From an uncultured bacterium (GTDB lineage: Bacteria; Patescibacteriota; Minisyncoccia; Phycocordibacterales; PALSA-1337), in assembly GCA_903872035.1 (NCBI GenBank), contig CAIQIZ010000022.1:5156-69155 (forward strand): a stretch of 64,000 bases of DNA. Reading direction: 5' to 3'. The notes under the pieces are model-generated. The model worked only from the letters and a program-made list of their open reading frames with translations. It was not told where the DNA came from and did no database searches. The position numbers and the translations under genes were made by a program. Every line of letters starts with the position of its first letter. The first letter of the stretch is position 1. Below are positions 18,761 through 29,717 of the stretch, in pieces.

Positions 18761-20038
18761 ATGCCTCTCGAACAGACCTTTGCCTATCTAGTTCAGAATT
18801 TTCAGATAAACCTCTTACCGCAATCTATCCAGATCGCCATTGCCTTGGCGCCCATCATGCTGATGTGGCTTTTGGCAGTGATCTTCTGGGATCTGTGGGT
18901 GGATTATGTGCGCAGCAGTCATTTTTTGGAAGTAAAATATACAGTGCTAGAGTTGAAGCTGCCCAAGGATACATTCAAGTCGCCGCTAGCTATGGAATCG
19001 GTGCTGAACTCCATACACAATACATCTGATGGGAGCAAGTACTCGCAGTATTGGAAAGGTGAGACGCGACCGTGGTATTCCTTGGAGATTGCTTCTATCG
19101 AGGGTCAAGTAAAATTCTTCGTGTGGACTGAAGATCAACGAAAAGCCGGTCTAATGTCGGCGCTGTATTCACAATATCCTGGAATCGAGATCGTAGAGCG
19201 AGAAGACTATACAAGAAGCGTATATTTTGATCCGAAGGTCATCAGGATCTGGGCTGGTGAATTCAAATTCACAAAGCCCGATGCTTACCCGATCAAGACT
19301 TATGTCGATTACGGCTTGGATAAGGATCCCAAAGAAGAATTCAAGATAGATCCTCTTCTTCCGCTCATCGAATGGCTCGGCAGCGTCGGGCCAAATCAGG
19401 AGGTCTGGTTTCAATTTTTGATCAGAGCCCACATCAAGGAGCAGCACAAACCCGGGACTCTTTTTACGAAGCACGACGCTTGGATAGATGGTGCTCAGAA
19501 AGAAATAGACAAGATCCTTCTCATCAAGGATCGTAAGACCAAGATCGCTGGCGAGGTCAATCCCGAAACCGGTTATGCCAAAATCCCGACCATCTCCAAG
19601 CCGGAACAGGATCTGGTCGAGGCCATAGGCCGTAGCGTAAGCAAGCTTCCGTTCGATGTCGGCATTCGTGCCTTGTATATCGCCAAGAAGGAGATTTTCA
19701 ACACGCCTTTCGGTATCGGTGGGATCATTGGGAACATGAAGCAGTTCAATGCGGAAAATCTAAATGGATTCAAGCCGAATGGAGACAAGTGGCACAATCG
19801 GCTTGGCGATCCATGGCTAGATTACAAGAATTATCGTCGTAATCGTTATGGACGATTGGCTCTCATGGCCTTCAAGAGGCGCTCGTATTTTTATGCGCCG
19901 TTCACGAGCAAGCCGCTGGTTTTGAATACCGAAGAACTGGCGACCATTTACCATTTCCCTGGATCTGTTTCGCAAACTCCTTCATTAGATCGTATTCCGT
20001 CAAAGAAGGGCCAGGCACCTGGAAATTTGCCTGTATAA
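18761..20038 (+). CDS. Conserved hypothetical membrane protein
   Basis: N-terminal TM helix and a long ORF. Start reassigned to ATG 18761 (TATACT 6 nt upstream), because the longer start translates the repeat array. Confidence 0.75.
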   Translation: MPLEQTFAYLVQNFQINLLPQSIQIAIALAPIMLMWLLAVIFWDLWVDYVRSSHFLEVKYTVLELKLPKDTFKSPLAMESVLNSIHNTSDGSKYSQYWKGETRPWYSLEIASIEGQVKFFVWTEDQRKAGLMSALYSQYPGIEIVEREDYTRSVYFDPKVIRIWAGEFKFTKPDAYPIKTYVDYGLDKDPKEEFKIDPLLPLIEWLGSVGPNQEVWFQFLIRAHIKEQHKPGTLFTKHDAWIDGAQKEIDKILLIKDRKTKIAGEVNPETGYAKIPTISKPEQDLVEAIGRSVSKLPFDVGIRALYIAKKEIFNTPFGIGGIIGNMKQFNAENLNGFKPNGDKWHNRLGDPWLDYKNYRRNRYGRLALMAFKRRSYFYAPFTSKPLVLNTEELATIYHFPGSVSQTPSLDRIPSKKGQAPGNLPV

Positions 20039-20042
20039 TGTC

Positions 20043-21005
20043 ATGAAGTTCATTAAGCGCCGATATAAGCTGATCGTTGGTATAATCGCCGCATCGTTTG
20101 CTGTTCTCATATTCCTCGTAATATACCTCTCTATAGCGCCGGCGAACTTTCCGAGCAGTACGGTCGTCACAATAAAAAAAGGAACTTATATGTCGCAAGC
20201 GGCAGAAATTTTGGCTTCAGACGGAATAATCCGATCCACTTTGCTACTGAAATTCTACGTCGTTCTTTTGAGCGGTCATCGCCAAGTCCAGGCCGGTGAT
20301 TATCTCTTCGACACACCACAGTCCGCTCTGCGTGTAGCCTCTCGTCTAGTCTACGGCATTCAGGGACTACCGAAGATCAGGGTGACTTTCTTTGAAGGAA
20401 TGACTTCGGATGATATGGCAGCCACTTTGAAGAAGAACATTCCGAAGTTTGACTCGACCACGTTCTTGGCTCTAGCTAAGCCGCTGGAAGGGTCGCTATT
20501 TCCCGATACCTACTATTTTTACCAAAATACCAAGCCACAAGAAGTTGTCGACCAGTTGCATTCAACATTCAATGCCAAAACCAAACCTCTGTTGCTAGAT
20601 ATTCAGGCTTTCGGCAAGTCTCCGTCCGATATCATCGCCATGGCTTCGATAGTCGAAAGAGAGGCGACCAGTTCAGTTGATCGCCGGATGATAGCTGGAA
20701 TTCTTTGGAGACGCATTTCCATGAAAATGCCTTTACAGGTCGACCCGCCATTCTTTTACATTCTTGGAAAAGATTCGGCCTCTCTGACTCTCAAGGATCT
20801 AGCTATAGATTCCCCGTACAATCTCTACAAACACACCGGACTGCCACCGACGCCTATAGATAATCCCGGCTTGAACGCTATTGTCGATACCATCAACCCA
20901 ACGCCGAGCGATTACCTATTCTATTTATCTGGAAAGGATGGTCGGATGCATTATGCTGTGAATCTAGCCGGGCATACGGCTAATGCGAATAAGTATATAG
21001 AGTAA
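20043..21005 (+). CDS. mltG: Endolytic transglycosylase MltG
   Basis: LEGSLFPDTY, MASIVERE, SPYNLY...GLPPTPIDNPG and N-terminal TM. Confidence 0.93.
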   Translation: MKFIKRRYKLIVGIIAASFAVLIFLVIYLSIAPANFPSSTVVTIKKGTYMSQAAEILASDGIIRSTLLLKFYVVLLSGHRQVQAGDYLFDTPQSALRVASRLVYGIQGLPKIRVTFFEGMTSDDMAATLKKNIPKFDSTTFLALAKPLEGSLFPDTYYFYQNTKPQEVVDQLHSTFNAKTKPLLLDIQAFGKSPSDIIAMASIVEREATSSVDRRMIAGILWRRISMKMPLQVDPPFFYILGKDSASLTLKDLAIDSPYNLYKHTGLPPTPIDNPGLNAIVDTINPTPSDYLFYLSGKDGRMHYAVNLAGHTANANKYIE

Positions 21006-21060
21006 GAAAAAAGCCGGTGGAGGTTTCCACAGGCCGGGATGAAAAGTATTCGATTGCAGC

Positions 21061-21465
21061 TTAGCCGAGTTTCCCCGAATTGAGCTGGTCTGCCATTGCC
21101 AAGGCTTCGACTAAGGCTTCAGCGCCCGTATTCCAGATCCATACCGAGTCGGCACCATAATCCAGGGCCTTCGTGATTGTCGCGGTGTCATCCTCGTAAA
21201 GCCTTAAGCAAATCGGCACGCGTACGATTCTCCGCTCATCTTCAACTGTGGAGCGAATGCCCCGAATTACATCCAATCCGTCAGGTATCGGCGAATCAAG
21301 GACCAGGTCAACGAGGACCATGCCAATGTTATTAGCGTATTCCAGGTACGTAGTGATGCCCGAATCGCCATTTTTTGCCTCGATGTATGAATGGCCAAGT
21401 GCCCGAAGAAGCCGAGAATTGGCCCTCCGGCTTGAATCATCTGCACATATGATAAGTACGATCAT
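21061..21465 (-). CDS. Single-domain response regulator receiver (divergent)
   Basis: LIICADD, VLVDLVL and PDGLDVIRGIR. GAGGAG ribosome-binding site before ATG at 21465. Confidence 0.75.
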   Translation of the reverse strand: MIVLIICADDSSRRANSRLLRALGHSYIEAKNGDSGITTYLEYANNIGMVLVDLVLDSPIPDGLDVIRGIRSTVEDERRIVRVPICLRLYEDDTATITKALDYGADSVWIWNTGAEALVEALAMADQLNSGKLG

Positions 21466-21514
21466 AGATATATCTCCTCTTGAGTTTTCTGCTATTGAAT
21501 GTAAGATGTAATTC

Positions 21515-22648
21515 ATGAATAGTCAAGTAGCAGGTTCATCGAGGTCAAAAGGCAGGATCAAGGTCTTCGTCGGCATGTCTGGCGGAGTCGATTCTTCTGT
21601 TTCAGCGGCCCTACTCAAGAAAGCCGGATATGATGTGACAGGCGTTTTCATCAAAGTTTGGCAGCCGGATTGGATCGATTGCAATTGGAAGGAGGAACGA
21701 TTGGAAGCTATGCGAGCCGCTGCGCATCTGGATATACCTTTCATTACGCTCGATTTGGAACAGGAATACAAACGAGGCGTCATCGATTACATGATCGCTG
21801 AATACAAGGTCGGTCGAACTCCCAATCCTGACGTCATGTGTAACCGTGAAGTAAAATTCGGAGCATTTTGGAAATGGGCCAAAGAGAATGGGGCAGGCTT
21901 CATTGCTACGGGTCATTATGCGCGAAATATTGAGGGCCAACTCTTAATCGGTGTAGATTCTAATAAGGACCAGTCCTACTTTCTCTGGACTCTTAACAGG
22001 GACGATTTAGCCCATGTGATGTTTCCGGTCGGCGATATAGAGAAGCCGGAAGTCAGAAAGTTGGCGAAAAAGTTCAAACTACCGAATGCAGAAAAGAAAG
22101 ACAGCCAAGGATTGTGCTTCATCGGAAAGGTTGATGTGAAGGAATTCCTGGCACATTACATAAAGATGGAATCTGGCCGGGTCTTGAATAAAAGCGGTGA
22201 AGTTATTGGTGGGCATCCGGGTTCATTACTGTTCACGATCGGTGAGCGGCACGGATTCAAAGTCGATGCCGAACATAAGACTCCGGAGGATTTGCCATAT
22301 TATGTTATTAGCAAGGATATTGATAAGAACATCATTATGGTTTCCAACAGAGACGCCGCACATTCATTGCCGCAGGCTAGGAATTCAGTATGCATCAGAA
22401 ATGGTAACTGGGTGAGCGCGAAAATTCCGAGCAAGACTGCTTTAGATGTCCAGCATTTTGATGGTTTTCCTCTTCAAGCCCGCAGCCGTTATCGTCAGGA
22501 ATTGCAAAGGGTGCGGATCGTTGCAGCCACAATATCCGAGGCTGAAATAGAATTTGAGAAGCCACAGGATACGTTGACACCAGGGCAGTCATTAGTGATC
22601 TACGATGGGGAATTATGCTTGGGAGGGGGAGTTATTGAGGGTCGCTAA
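21515..22648 (+). CDS. mnmA: tRNA 2-thiouridylase MnmA
   Basis: MSGGVDSSV, TPNPDVMCN, KDQSYFL, DSQGLCF. Confidence 0.97.
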   Translation: MNSQVAGSSRSKGRIKVFVGMSGGVDSSVSAALLKKAGYDVTGVFIKVWQPDWIDCNWKEERLEAMRAAAHLDIPFITLDLEQEYKRGVIDYMIAEYKVGRTPNPDVMCNREVKFGAFWKWAKENGAGFIATGHYARNIEGQLLIGVDSNKDQSYFLWTLNRDDLAHVMFPVGDIEKPEVRKLAKKFKLPNAEKKDSQGLCFIGKVDVKEFLAHYIKMESGRVLNKSGEVIGGHPGSLLFTIGERHGFKVDAEHKTPEDLPYYVISKDIDKNIIMVSNRDAAHSLPQARNSVCIRNGNWVSAKIPSKTALDVQHFDGFPLQARSRYRQELQRVRIVAATISEAEIEFEKPQDTLTPGQSLVIYDGELCLGGGVIEGR

Positions 22649-22660
22649 TCCCTGCAGAAA

Positions 22661-22688
22661 CACAAAATCCGCTTCGGCGGATTTTGTG
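22661..22688. terminator. Perfect hairpin terminator after mnmA
   Basis: CACAAAATCCGC-TTCG-GCGGATTTTGTG. Confidence 0.75.
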
Positions 22689-22746
22689 AGAGCTTAGCAA
22701 ATATCATTCATACCATCCGTGCTATACTAATGACCAATAAACACCC

Positions 22747-23592
22747 ATGAATCACCTAGTCACGATCGCCAAGTCCGATGGCACAAAAGAGCTTTTTGAA
22801 GAAGAGAAGCTGGTAAGCTCGCTCAAGAGGGTCGGTGCTAGGCCGGAAGTTATAGATGATGTTGTGGATGAAGTCGAAAGAGAGATGCATGAGGATATGA
22901 CAACATCTGACATCTACCGTCGCGCTTTCGTCCTCTTGCATAGGCATTCTGTTCCGATGGCAGCCAAATATTCAGTTCGTCGCGCCATGATGGAACTTGG
23001 GCCCGACGGTTTTCCTTTTGAGAAGTACGTAGCTCGTATCTTCAAGATGTGGGGATATGAATCAGTGACCGATCAGACATTGCTAGGAACTTGTGTTGAT
23101 CATGAGGTTGACGTTGTGGCTTGGAAAGATAAAGAGCTGGCCATGGTAGAGGCAAAGTATCACAATGAGTTTGGTCTGAAATCAGATTTGAAGGTAGCTT
23201 TGTATGTCAAAGCTCGTTTCGATGATTTGGCCGAGGTTGTTTTCAATTTCGGTGGCGTAGAGCGAAAATTGACCGAGCGTTGGCTGGTGACGAATACGAA
23301 ATTTACCGAAAAAGCTATCAAATATGGCGAATGCAATCATTTGAAATTGCTCGGGTGGAATTATCCTATTCATGGCAATTTACATGACATCATAGGTGAA
23401 AATGGCCTTCATCCGATAAGTTGCCTATCTTCTCTAACTCATGAACAAAAGAGAGATCTGGTCGGTCGCAACACTTTAGTTTGTATCGACCTAGTTGGTA
23501 ATCCTGGAATCTTGAACGATATAGGCGTTAAAGGCGAGTTAGCTGAGAAGGTTTTAACTGAAGCACAAATCATTATCGAGGAGGCGAAGTAA
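22747..23592 (+). CDS. ATP-cone domain plus PD-(D/E)xK (Mrr-like) nuclease domain protein
   Basis: KSDGTKELFEEEKLVSSL ATP-cone start, then FEKYVARIF...EVDVVA...VEAK. Confidence 0.8.
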   Translation: MNHLVTIAKSDGTKELFEEEKLVSSLKRVGARPEVIDDVVDEVEREMHEDMTTSDIYRRAFVLLHRHSVPMAAKYSVRRAMMELGPDGFPFEKYVARIFKMWGYESVTDQTLLGTCVDHEVDVVAWKDKELAMVEAKYHNEFGLKSDLKVALYVKARFDDLAEVVFNFGGVERKLTERWLVTNTKFTEKAIKYGECNHLKLLGWNYPIHGNLHDIIGENGLHPISCLSSLTHEQKRDLVGRNTLVCIDLVGNPGILNDIGVKGELAEKVLTEAQIIIEEAK

Positions 23593-23682
23593 CCGTGTAG
23601 GTTAGGCCTCCCCGCCTATTCATACTGGCCACAATATGGCCAGTTTTGTTGATAATTGAAATATTTGTGTAGATAGGAGATA

Positions 23683-24060
23683 ATGCGAAACATGAATGAA
23701 GTAAAAAAAGAAGTCCAAAAATTCATGGAGGAAAGGGATTGGTTGGGTCAGCCGCCAGCGGATGTGGCAAAGTCTATAATAATTGAAGCTGCCGAACTAT
23801 TGGAACACTTCCAATGGAGCAGTTTCTTCTGTGAAGAAGTTGAAAAGGATCAGAAAACCAAGAATGAAATCGTTGCAGAACTGGCGGATGTGTTCATTTA
23901 TGCTGTTGAAATGGCAATATTATTGGATGTAAATATTGGAGATATCGTGCACGCAAAGCTTATCAAGGCGGCGAAGAAATATCCCGTCGGTGTTGTTAAT
24001 GGAAAGCTCGGGTCGAAAAAATACAAGGAGATAAAGAAGAAATATCGCGCGAAATCATAA
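23683..24060 (+). CDS. MazG-like nucleotide pyrophosphohydrolase (dCTPase-like)
   Basis: IEAAELLEHFQW...ELADVFIY. Confidence 0.88.
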   Translation: MRNMNEVKKEVQKFMEERDWLGQPPADVAKSIIIEAAELLEHFQWSSFFCEEVEKDQKTKNEIVAELADVFIYAVEMAILLDVNIGDIVHAKLIKAAKKYPVGVVNGKLGSKKYKEIKKKYRAKS

Positions 24061-24083
24061 TCTTTGTGTCGAGTAATTCATTT

Positions 24084-24692
24084 ATGACCAAACACGACCA
24101 AATGAAAGCAATCCGCGACGAACTGCTGGCGTTCACGCATTCGCCTCTCTATGAATATCGCACTGCCAACAAGTTCTTTCCTGTCGTTGGTGAGGGCAGT
24201 CATGATGCAGCCATCATGTTCGTGGGCGAAGCGCCTGGGCAGAATGAAGCCAAGACCGGACGGCCGTTTTGTGGGGCAGCAGGCAAGTTCCTTACGCTTC
24301 TCATCGAATCGATCGGGTTAACTCGCGACAAGGTTTACATCACAAATGTAGTCAAAGATCGTCCACCCGAGAATCGAGACCCGACGCCGGAGGAAATAGC
24401 CCTTTATTCACCATTCCTCGATCGTCAGGTGCAGATAATCCAACCCAGAGTCATCGTTACGCTCGGAAGGCATTCCATGGGATATGTCATGAGACGCTAT
24501 GATTTGGATCTGGAGCTTGAGCCGATCAGCAAGATTCATGGGAAATCATTCCAGACGGTCTATTTTGATGCAGATAGCAATCCGCAACCCGTGACGATCG
24601 TGACGCTCTACCATCCGGCTAGTGCGCTCTACAATGGCGGAATGAGGGATATTCATAAGAAAGATTTTGAAGTTTTGAAGAAGTTCCTGTAG
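24084..24692 (+). CDS. Uracil-DNA glycosylase family 4
   Basis: VGEAPG, GRPFCG, YITNVVKDRPPENRDP, YHPA. Confidence 0.92.
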   Translation: MTKHDQMKAIRDELLAFTHSPLYEYRTANKFFPVVGEGSHDAAIMFVGEAPGQNEAKTGRPFCGAAGKFLTLLIESIGLTRDKVYITNVVKDRPPENRDPTPEEIALYSPFLDRQVQIIQPRVIVTLGRHSMGYVMRRYDLDLELEPISKIHGKSFQTVYFDADSNPQPVTIVTLYHPASALYNGGMRDIHKKDFEVLKKFL

Positions 24693-24701
24693 GATGTGTT
24701 T

Positions 24702-26534
24702 ATGAATACACTCACATCAAGCACCGGAGCGCATCTTCTAGAGCATTTGAATCAGCAATATTCCAAGCTTCACAAAGCCTATGAAGACTATTTTTGGCTG
24801 TCTTACATGGGGGATCATAGTGTGGATGAGAAGATGAACAAAGCACAGTCAGAACGTGATGCATTCCGGTCAGATGAGAATCTCAAGAAGGAGGTCACGA
24901 AATCGATCAAAGTTTCAAAGGGAGTGATCAGAGACAGATTGAAGCTTTGGAAGCATTTCTTTGATCTATATCAAACACCGAAGCATGCATTTCCTTTCAA
25001 GGAGAAAGCAAATGAGCTCGAAGCAAAGATTGCGTCAGAAAAAACCTCTCGAAAAGAAGGATATACAGATCCAAAGACCGGCTCCTTCGTCGAAGCCTCT
25101 GAAAACAAGATGAAATTCAAGCTAAGGACTGACCCCGACGAAGCTGTCCGTAAGGCCTGCTTCAAGGCCTTAGAAAAGCTGCCTTTGGACACGATCGATG
25201 ATTATTTGAAGATCATTGCGCTTCGCAATGAATTCGCACACGCTTTGGGGTACGAGGATTTCTATGCCTATAAGGCTCGGATTGATGAAAATATGACAAA
25301 GAAGGAATTGTTTTCGATCTTTGAGAAGATATACGAAAAGACCAAATATGCACAAAAGGACATATTGAAATTGGAAAAGAAGATGGTTGCCGAAGGGAAA
25401 CCTGGCTTGCGTAAGCCTTGGAATTTTGGATACATGATGACAGGCGGATTTGCCAAAGAAGAGGACCCGTATTTTCGATTTGAAGATGTGCTTCTGCGCT
25501 GGGGAAGATCGTTTGCCGCCCTTGGAGTCGATTTCGGTGGAGGATCAGTGACTCTCGATCTTCTAGATCGAAAAGGTAAGCACAACAATGGTTTTTGTCA
25601 TTATCCTAGCTTGGTGCAATTCAAAAATGGTAAAAGGATCCCAGCGTCCAGCAATTTTGCTTCAAATGCGGTGCTAGATCAGGTTGGTGCTGGTGTCCGA
25701 GAAACAGAGACAGTCTTTCACGAGGCTGGGCACGCCGCCGATCGATTGAATTCTATGCAGCCGGACGCTTGCATCAATCATGAATATCCGCCATCGACCG
25801 TTTCTTGGGCTGAAACACATAGCATGTTCATGGATACTATATGCTCAAGCATTGAATGGCGTACGAGGTATGCAAAAGACGAAAACGGCCAGCCTTATCC
25901 TTTCGAATTGTTCGAAAGAAAAGTCAGAAAGCTAAGCCCTCTTCGTCCGCTTAGCCTCATGTACATCCTGTTCGTTATCTTCTTCGAAAAAGAAGTGTAC
26001 GAGTGCAAGAGCCTTAACAAGGCCAAGCTTCTGGAGATTGCCAAAAAGAATGCGAGAAAGTACACGAATTATTCTGAGGATTCAATTTCGATTCTTAATC
26101 TCCCCCATATATATTCCTGGGAAAGTTCCGCCTATTACCACGGTTATGGACTGGCAGAGCTCGGAGTACACCAATGGAGGCATTACTTTTTCAAGAAATA
26201 TGGCTACATTGTCGATAATCCGAAGATTGGTCGCGAGATGACGCGTATGTGGTCCTACGCTTCGCTATACCCAGCCAAGCAATTGGTGAAAATGGCAACC
26301 GGAAAACCGTTGAGCCCGGATGCTTTCATCAGCGATGTTACATGTTCAAACGATACGATCATTGCCGGTGCCAAGAGGAAGATCGCTCGGCTGCAAAAGA
26401 TCCCTGAATACAAGAAGCCCGTGGATTTGAAAGGAAAGATTACTATGGTTCATGGCAAGAAGAAGATCGCCGACAATTCCAAGGGCTTTGAGGATATGGA
26501 TAAGAAATATCGCAAGTGGCTAAAGTCGTTATAG
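24702..26534 (+). CDS. M3 family oligopeptidase
   Basis: HEAGH plus AETHS, and DLLDRKGK. Confidence 0.8.
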   Translation: MNTLTSSTGAHLLEHLNQQYSKLHKAYEDYFWLSYMGDHSVDEKMNKAQSERDAFRSDENLKKEVTKSIKVSKGVIRDRLKLWKHFFDLYQTPKHAFPFKEKANELEAKIASEKTSRKEGYTDPKTGSFVEASENKMKFKLRTDPDEAVRKACFKALEKLPLDTIDDYLKIIALRNEFAHALGYEDFYAYKARIDENMTKKELFSIFEKIYEKTKYAQKDILKLEKKMVAEGKPGLRKPWNFGYMMTGGFAKEEDPYFRFEDVLLRWGRSFAALGVDFGGGSVTLDLLDRKGKHNNGFCHYPSLVQFKNGKRIPASSNFASNAVLDQVGAGVRETETVFHEAGHAADRLNSMQPDACINHEYPPSTVSWAETHSMFMDTICSSIEWRTRYAKDENGQPYPFELFERKVRKLSPLRPLSLMYILFVIFFEKEVYECKSLNKAKLLEIAKKNARKYTNYSEDSISILNLPHIYSWESSAYYHGYGLAELGVHQWRHYFFKKYGYIVDNPKIGREMTRMWSYASLYPAKQLVKMATGKPLSPDAFISDVTCSNDTIIAGAKRKIARLQKIPEYKKPVDLKGKITMVHGKKKIADNSKGFEDMDKKYRKWLKSL

Positions 26535-26586
26535 GTCTGACCTCGTCGGCCTAGCCTCAATCTAGCGATTTTGCTAGTATTGCATC

Positions 26587-28503
26587 ATGACATCTTCCGA
26601 AATACGCCAGAGATTCTTGGAATTCTTCAAGAAGCGCGGCCACGATATTATTCCTAGCGCCTCATTAGTTACCAGCGATGAAAAGGGCATCACCAACCCG
26701 ACGCTTTTCAATACGGCTGGTATGCAGCCGCTTATTCCATACTTGCTCGGTAAGCCATACTTGGTTGATGGCCGAGAATCGACGCGATTGGCCGACGTTC
26801 AAAAATGCATCCGCACAGTCGATATAGATGAGATTGGCGACAGAACCCATGCAACCTTCTTTGAGATGCTCGGGAATTGGTCTCTTGGTGATTATTTCAA
26901 AAAAGAAGCTATCGAATGGAGCTACGAATTACTTACATCAAAGAGCGACGTTGTCGGTGATCGCGGTTTTGGTTTGGACCCGAACCGATTGTATGTGACT
27001 GTCTTTGAAGGCGACGAAAATGCGGGGCGCGACGATGAAGCTGCGGGTATTTGGCGTGAACTATTTAAAAAGAACGGTGTTAATGGTGCTACAGGAGATA
27101 CGTCGAAGAATGGTGAAGAAGGACGCATTTTTTACATGCCAGCCGGCATGAATTGGTGGGAGGCGGGTGAGAATGGACCATGTGGTCCTGATACGGAGAT
27201 GTATTACGATATAGGTGATCCTAAAACGGGAGAGCCATTCTTCGGAGGTAAGCCAATAACAAGGGAACAATTTCTTGAGGCTGATTCCAAGCGCCAGATT
27301 GTTGAGGTTTGGAATGATGTCTTCATGCAATACGAGAAGAAGGATGGAAAGATCATCGGAACGCTGCCTAAGCCTTCCGTTGATACTGGAGCTGGTCTTG
27401 AACGACTAGCAATGGCACTGGCTGTGCCGTCGGTTGATAACATTTATGATACTGATCTGCTAAAGCGAGTGATGGATGAGATACAGGTTCTTTCAAAGAA
27501 TTGGGATTTGAAGTCAGCACGAATCGTCGCTGATCATATTAAAGCCTCCGTATTTCTGATTTCAGATGGTGTAAGACCTTCGAATACCGATCGTGGCTAT
27601 GTGCTGCGAAAATTGATACGCAGAGCGGTTACACATTCAAATCGGCTTGGGATCAATGCTAAAGATAACAAAAGCTCATTATCCGAACTGGCGAAGCTCT
27701 TTGTGATTAAGTATTCTGATCAATATCAATACTTAAAAGATAGCGAGTCATTAGTTTGCAAGGAAATAGCGGACGAGGAAGAGCGATTTAGACTTACCCT
27801 TGAAAGAGGCCTGAAAGAATTCGAAAAGGGCATCGATGCTTTCACTCTGTTTTCAAGCTACGGATTTCCTTTAGAATTAACCCTGGAACTAGCCAAAGAG
27901 AAGGGAATTATCGTAGACGTTAAGGATTTTGAGGATAAATTCAAATCCCATCAGGAGTTATCTCGTTCTGGTGCCGAGCAGAAATTCAAGGGAGGCCTAG
28001 CCGACGCGAATGATCCGATGATCGTCAGATATCACACCGCTACCCACATATTGCATCAAGCTCTACACGATGTTCTCGGTGATGCCGTCATGCAGAAAGG
28101 ATCGAACATCACGACTGAGCGATTGCGTTTCGATTTCGCCCATGGCGCCAAGATGACCGATGAAGAAAAGAAAAAAGTTGAGGATATTGTAAACGAGAAG
28201 ATCGCCGCCGCTTTACCAGTAAGCCAGCTCAAGATGTCTCGCGTCGAAGCTGAAAAGACTGGAGCTCGCCACTTCTTTGGCGAGAAATATGGTGACGAGA
28301 TTTCAATCTACTTCGTCGGAAAGGCTTCCAATCCTCCATTTGTGGATGATTTGACGACGGCATATTCAAAGGAATTCTGTGGCGGACCTCATGTCAAGAA
28401 CACTAGAGAATTGGCTGGCCCGGAAGGGAAGTGGCATTTTAGGATTCAAAAAGAAGAAGCAGTAGCGCAAGGAGTGAGGAGGATTAAGGCAGTATTGAAT
28501 TAA
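26587..28503 (+). CDS. alaS: Alanine--tRNA ligase (short form, no C-Ala domain)
   Basis: TAGMQPL, FFEMLGN, DTGAGLERL, HTATHIL, CGGPH. Confidence 0.96.
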   Translation: MTSSEIRQRFLEFFKKRGHDIIPSASLVTSDEKGITNPTLFNTAGMQPLIPYLLGKPYLVDGRESTRLADVQKCIRTVDIDEIGDRTHATFFEMLGNWSLGDYFKKEAIEWSYELLTSKSDVVGDRGFGLDPNRLYVTVFEGDENAGRDDEAAGIWRELFKKNGVNGATGDTSKNGEEGRIFYMPAGMNWWEAGENGPCGPDTEMYYDIGDPKTGEPFFGGKPITREQFLEADSKRQIVEVWNDVFMQYEKKDGKIIGTLPKPSVDTGAGLERLAMALAVPSVDNIYDTDLLKRVMDEIQVLSKNWDLKSARIVADHIKASVFLISDGVRPSNTDRGYVLRKLIRRAVTHSNRLGINAKDNKSSLSELAKLFVIKYSDQYQYLKDSESLVCKEIADEEERFRLTLERGLKEFEKGIDAFTLFSSYGFPLELTLELAKEKGIIVDVKDFEDKFKSHQELSRSGAEQKFKGGLADANDPMIVRYHTATHILHQALHDVLGDAVMQKGSNITTERLRFDFAHGAKMTDEEKKKVEDIVNEKIAAALPVSQLKMSRVEAEKTGARHFFGEKYGDEISIYFVGKASNPPFVDDLTTAYSKEFCGGPHVKNTRELAGPEGKWHFRIQKEEAVAQGVRRIKAVLN

Positions 28504-28525
28504 AGCAATATGTTATAATATGGGC

Positions 28526-29686
28526 ATGTCCCTGTTCTCTAACGAAAGTTTCAATCAATTAGTGATCGTCATGGATGTTCAGAGTTCTCTCGTTCGTGGA
28601 TCATTGGTCATGCTCAAGCGTGGAGCATTGCCGAATGTGATATTCACTTACACAGCTAGCGTTCCTTGGAAGCCTCACACGGACTACAACTACCTGGTCA
28701 AGATGACTCTGCGAGCGGTTTCAGAGACCATGAATGTTTGTCTTCGCAATTTTCACTCTCATCTAGCATCAGAACATGTCCCAAAGAAGATCGGGGCTAT
28801 CCACTACGTCTTATCCTCACCATGGATCGTCTCTCAGGCTAAAACTCTTTCAACGGAACTGCCAAAGGAGATGGTGGTCACGGAGGCTTATGTAGAAAAG
28901 ATCATCGGAGAAGAGAAGCGGATGATGTTACCTTCCAATGAAGTCGATAATGTGGCTATAGAACAGAAGATTTTCAATATCAAATTGAACGGATATTCTG
29001 TAGCTGAGTGGGTCGGAAAATCCGCTTTGAACATCGATGTGTCCTATACTATTAGCATAGCTAATAGCCGCATGATCGAAAATCTCAAGGATATTTCATC
29101 ATCGGCTATACACCGTATCCCGGTGCAATTCCATTCTTCTACGCTCCTACAGTTCATCGGCATGAGGATATGTCAGCCTAATAGAGGCCAATACGTTTTG
29201 GCACATATTCACGGCGAATTTACCGACGTAGCAGTCATGGACAATCATGCCTGCATATACTTCGCATCGTATCCCTTGGGCGTACGCAATATGATCAGGA
29301 AGATCGCTCTAGCTACAGGAACTGATCAACACGCGGCTGATTCATTGCTTACTTTATATGTTGGCGGTCACATCGATGCGGCTCATTCTTCAGGTCAGAT
29401 TGATGCCATTCATTCTATCGGAAATGGCTGGATGAATGCCCTCAAAAAAGCATTAGCTGAACAAAACGCTTTGTCGCTCGATTCATCGCTAGATTCATTA
29501 CGTTGCATCATCTCTGCAGTCGCACATGAGGAATTCTTTGTAAAGTGTCTCCGGGAAGCATATCCTAAAAGTCGTGTAAACACTTTATCCGTCGAAGATA
29601 TTCTGCCACATGTTGCCTTTAGCGATCGGGCAGAACGTAGCCGATTAGTCGGAGTATATGCAGTGGCACTTAGCAGTATGCTATAA
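28526..29686 (+). CDS. Divergent FtsA/PilM-like actin-fold protein
   Basis: VMDVQSSLV start, IKLNGY, HIHGEFTDV pattern. Confidence 0.5.
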   Translation: MSLFSNESFNQLVIVMDVQSSLVRGSLVMLKRGALPNVIFTYTASVPWKPHTDYNYLVKMTLRAVSETMNVCLRNFHSHLASEHVPKKIGAIHYVLSSPWIVSQAKTLSTELPKEMVVTEAYVEKIIGEEKRMMLPSNEVDNVAIEQKIFNIKLNGYSVAEWVGKSALNIDVSYTISIANSRMIENLKDISSSAIHRIPVQFHSSTLLQFIGMRICQPNRGQYVLAHIHGEFTDVAVMDNHACIYFASYPLGVRNMIRKIALATGTDQHAADSLLTLYVGGHIDAAHSSGQIDAIHSIGNGWMNALKKALAEQNALSLDSSLDSLRCIISAVAHEEFFVKCLREAYPKSRVNTLSVEDILPHVAFSDRAERSRLVGVYAVALSSML

Positions 29687-29717
29687 TCTATACAAGCGTA
29701 ACTTATTTATCTTTCAA

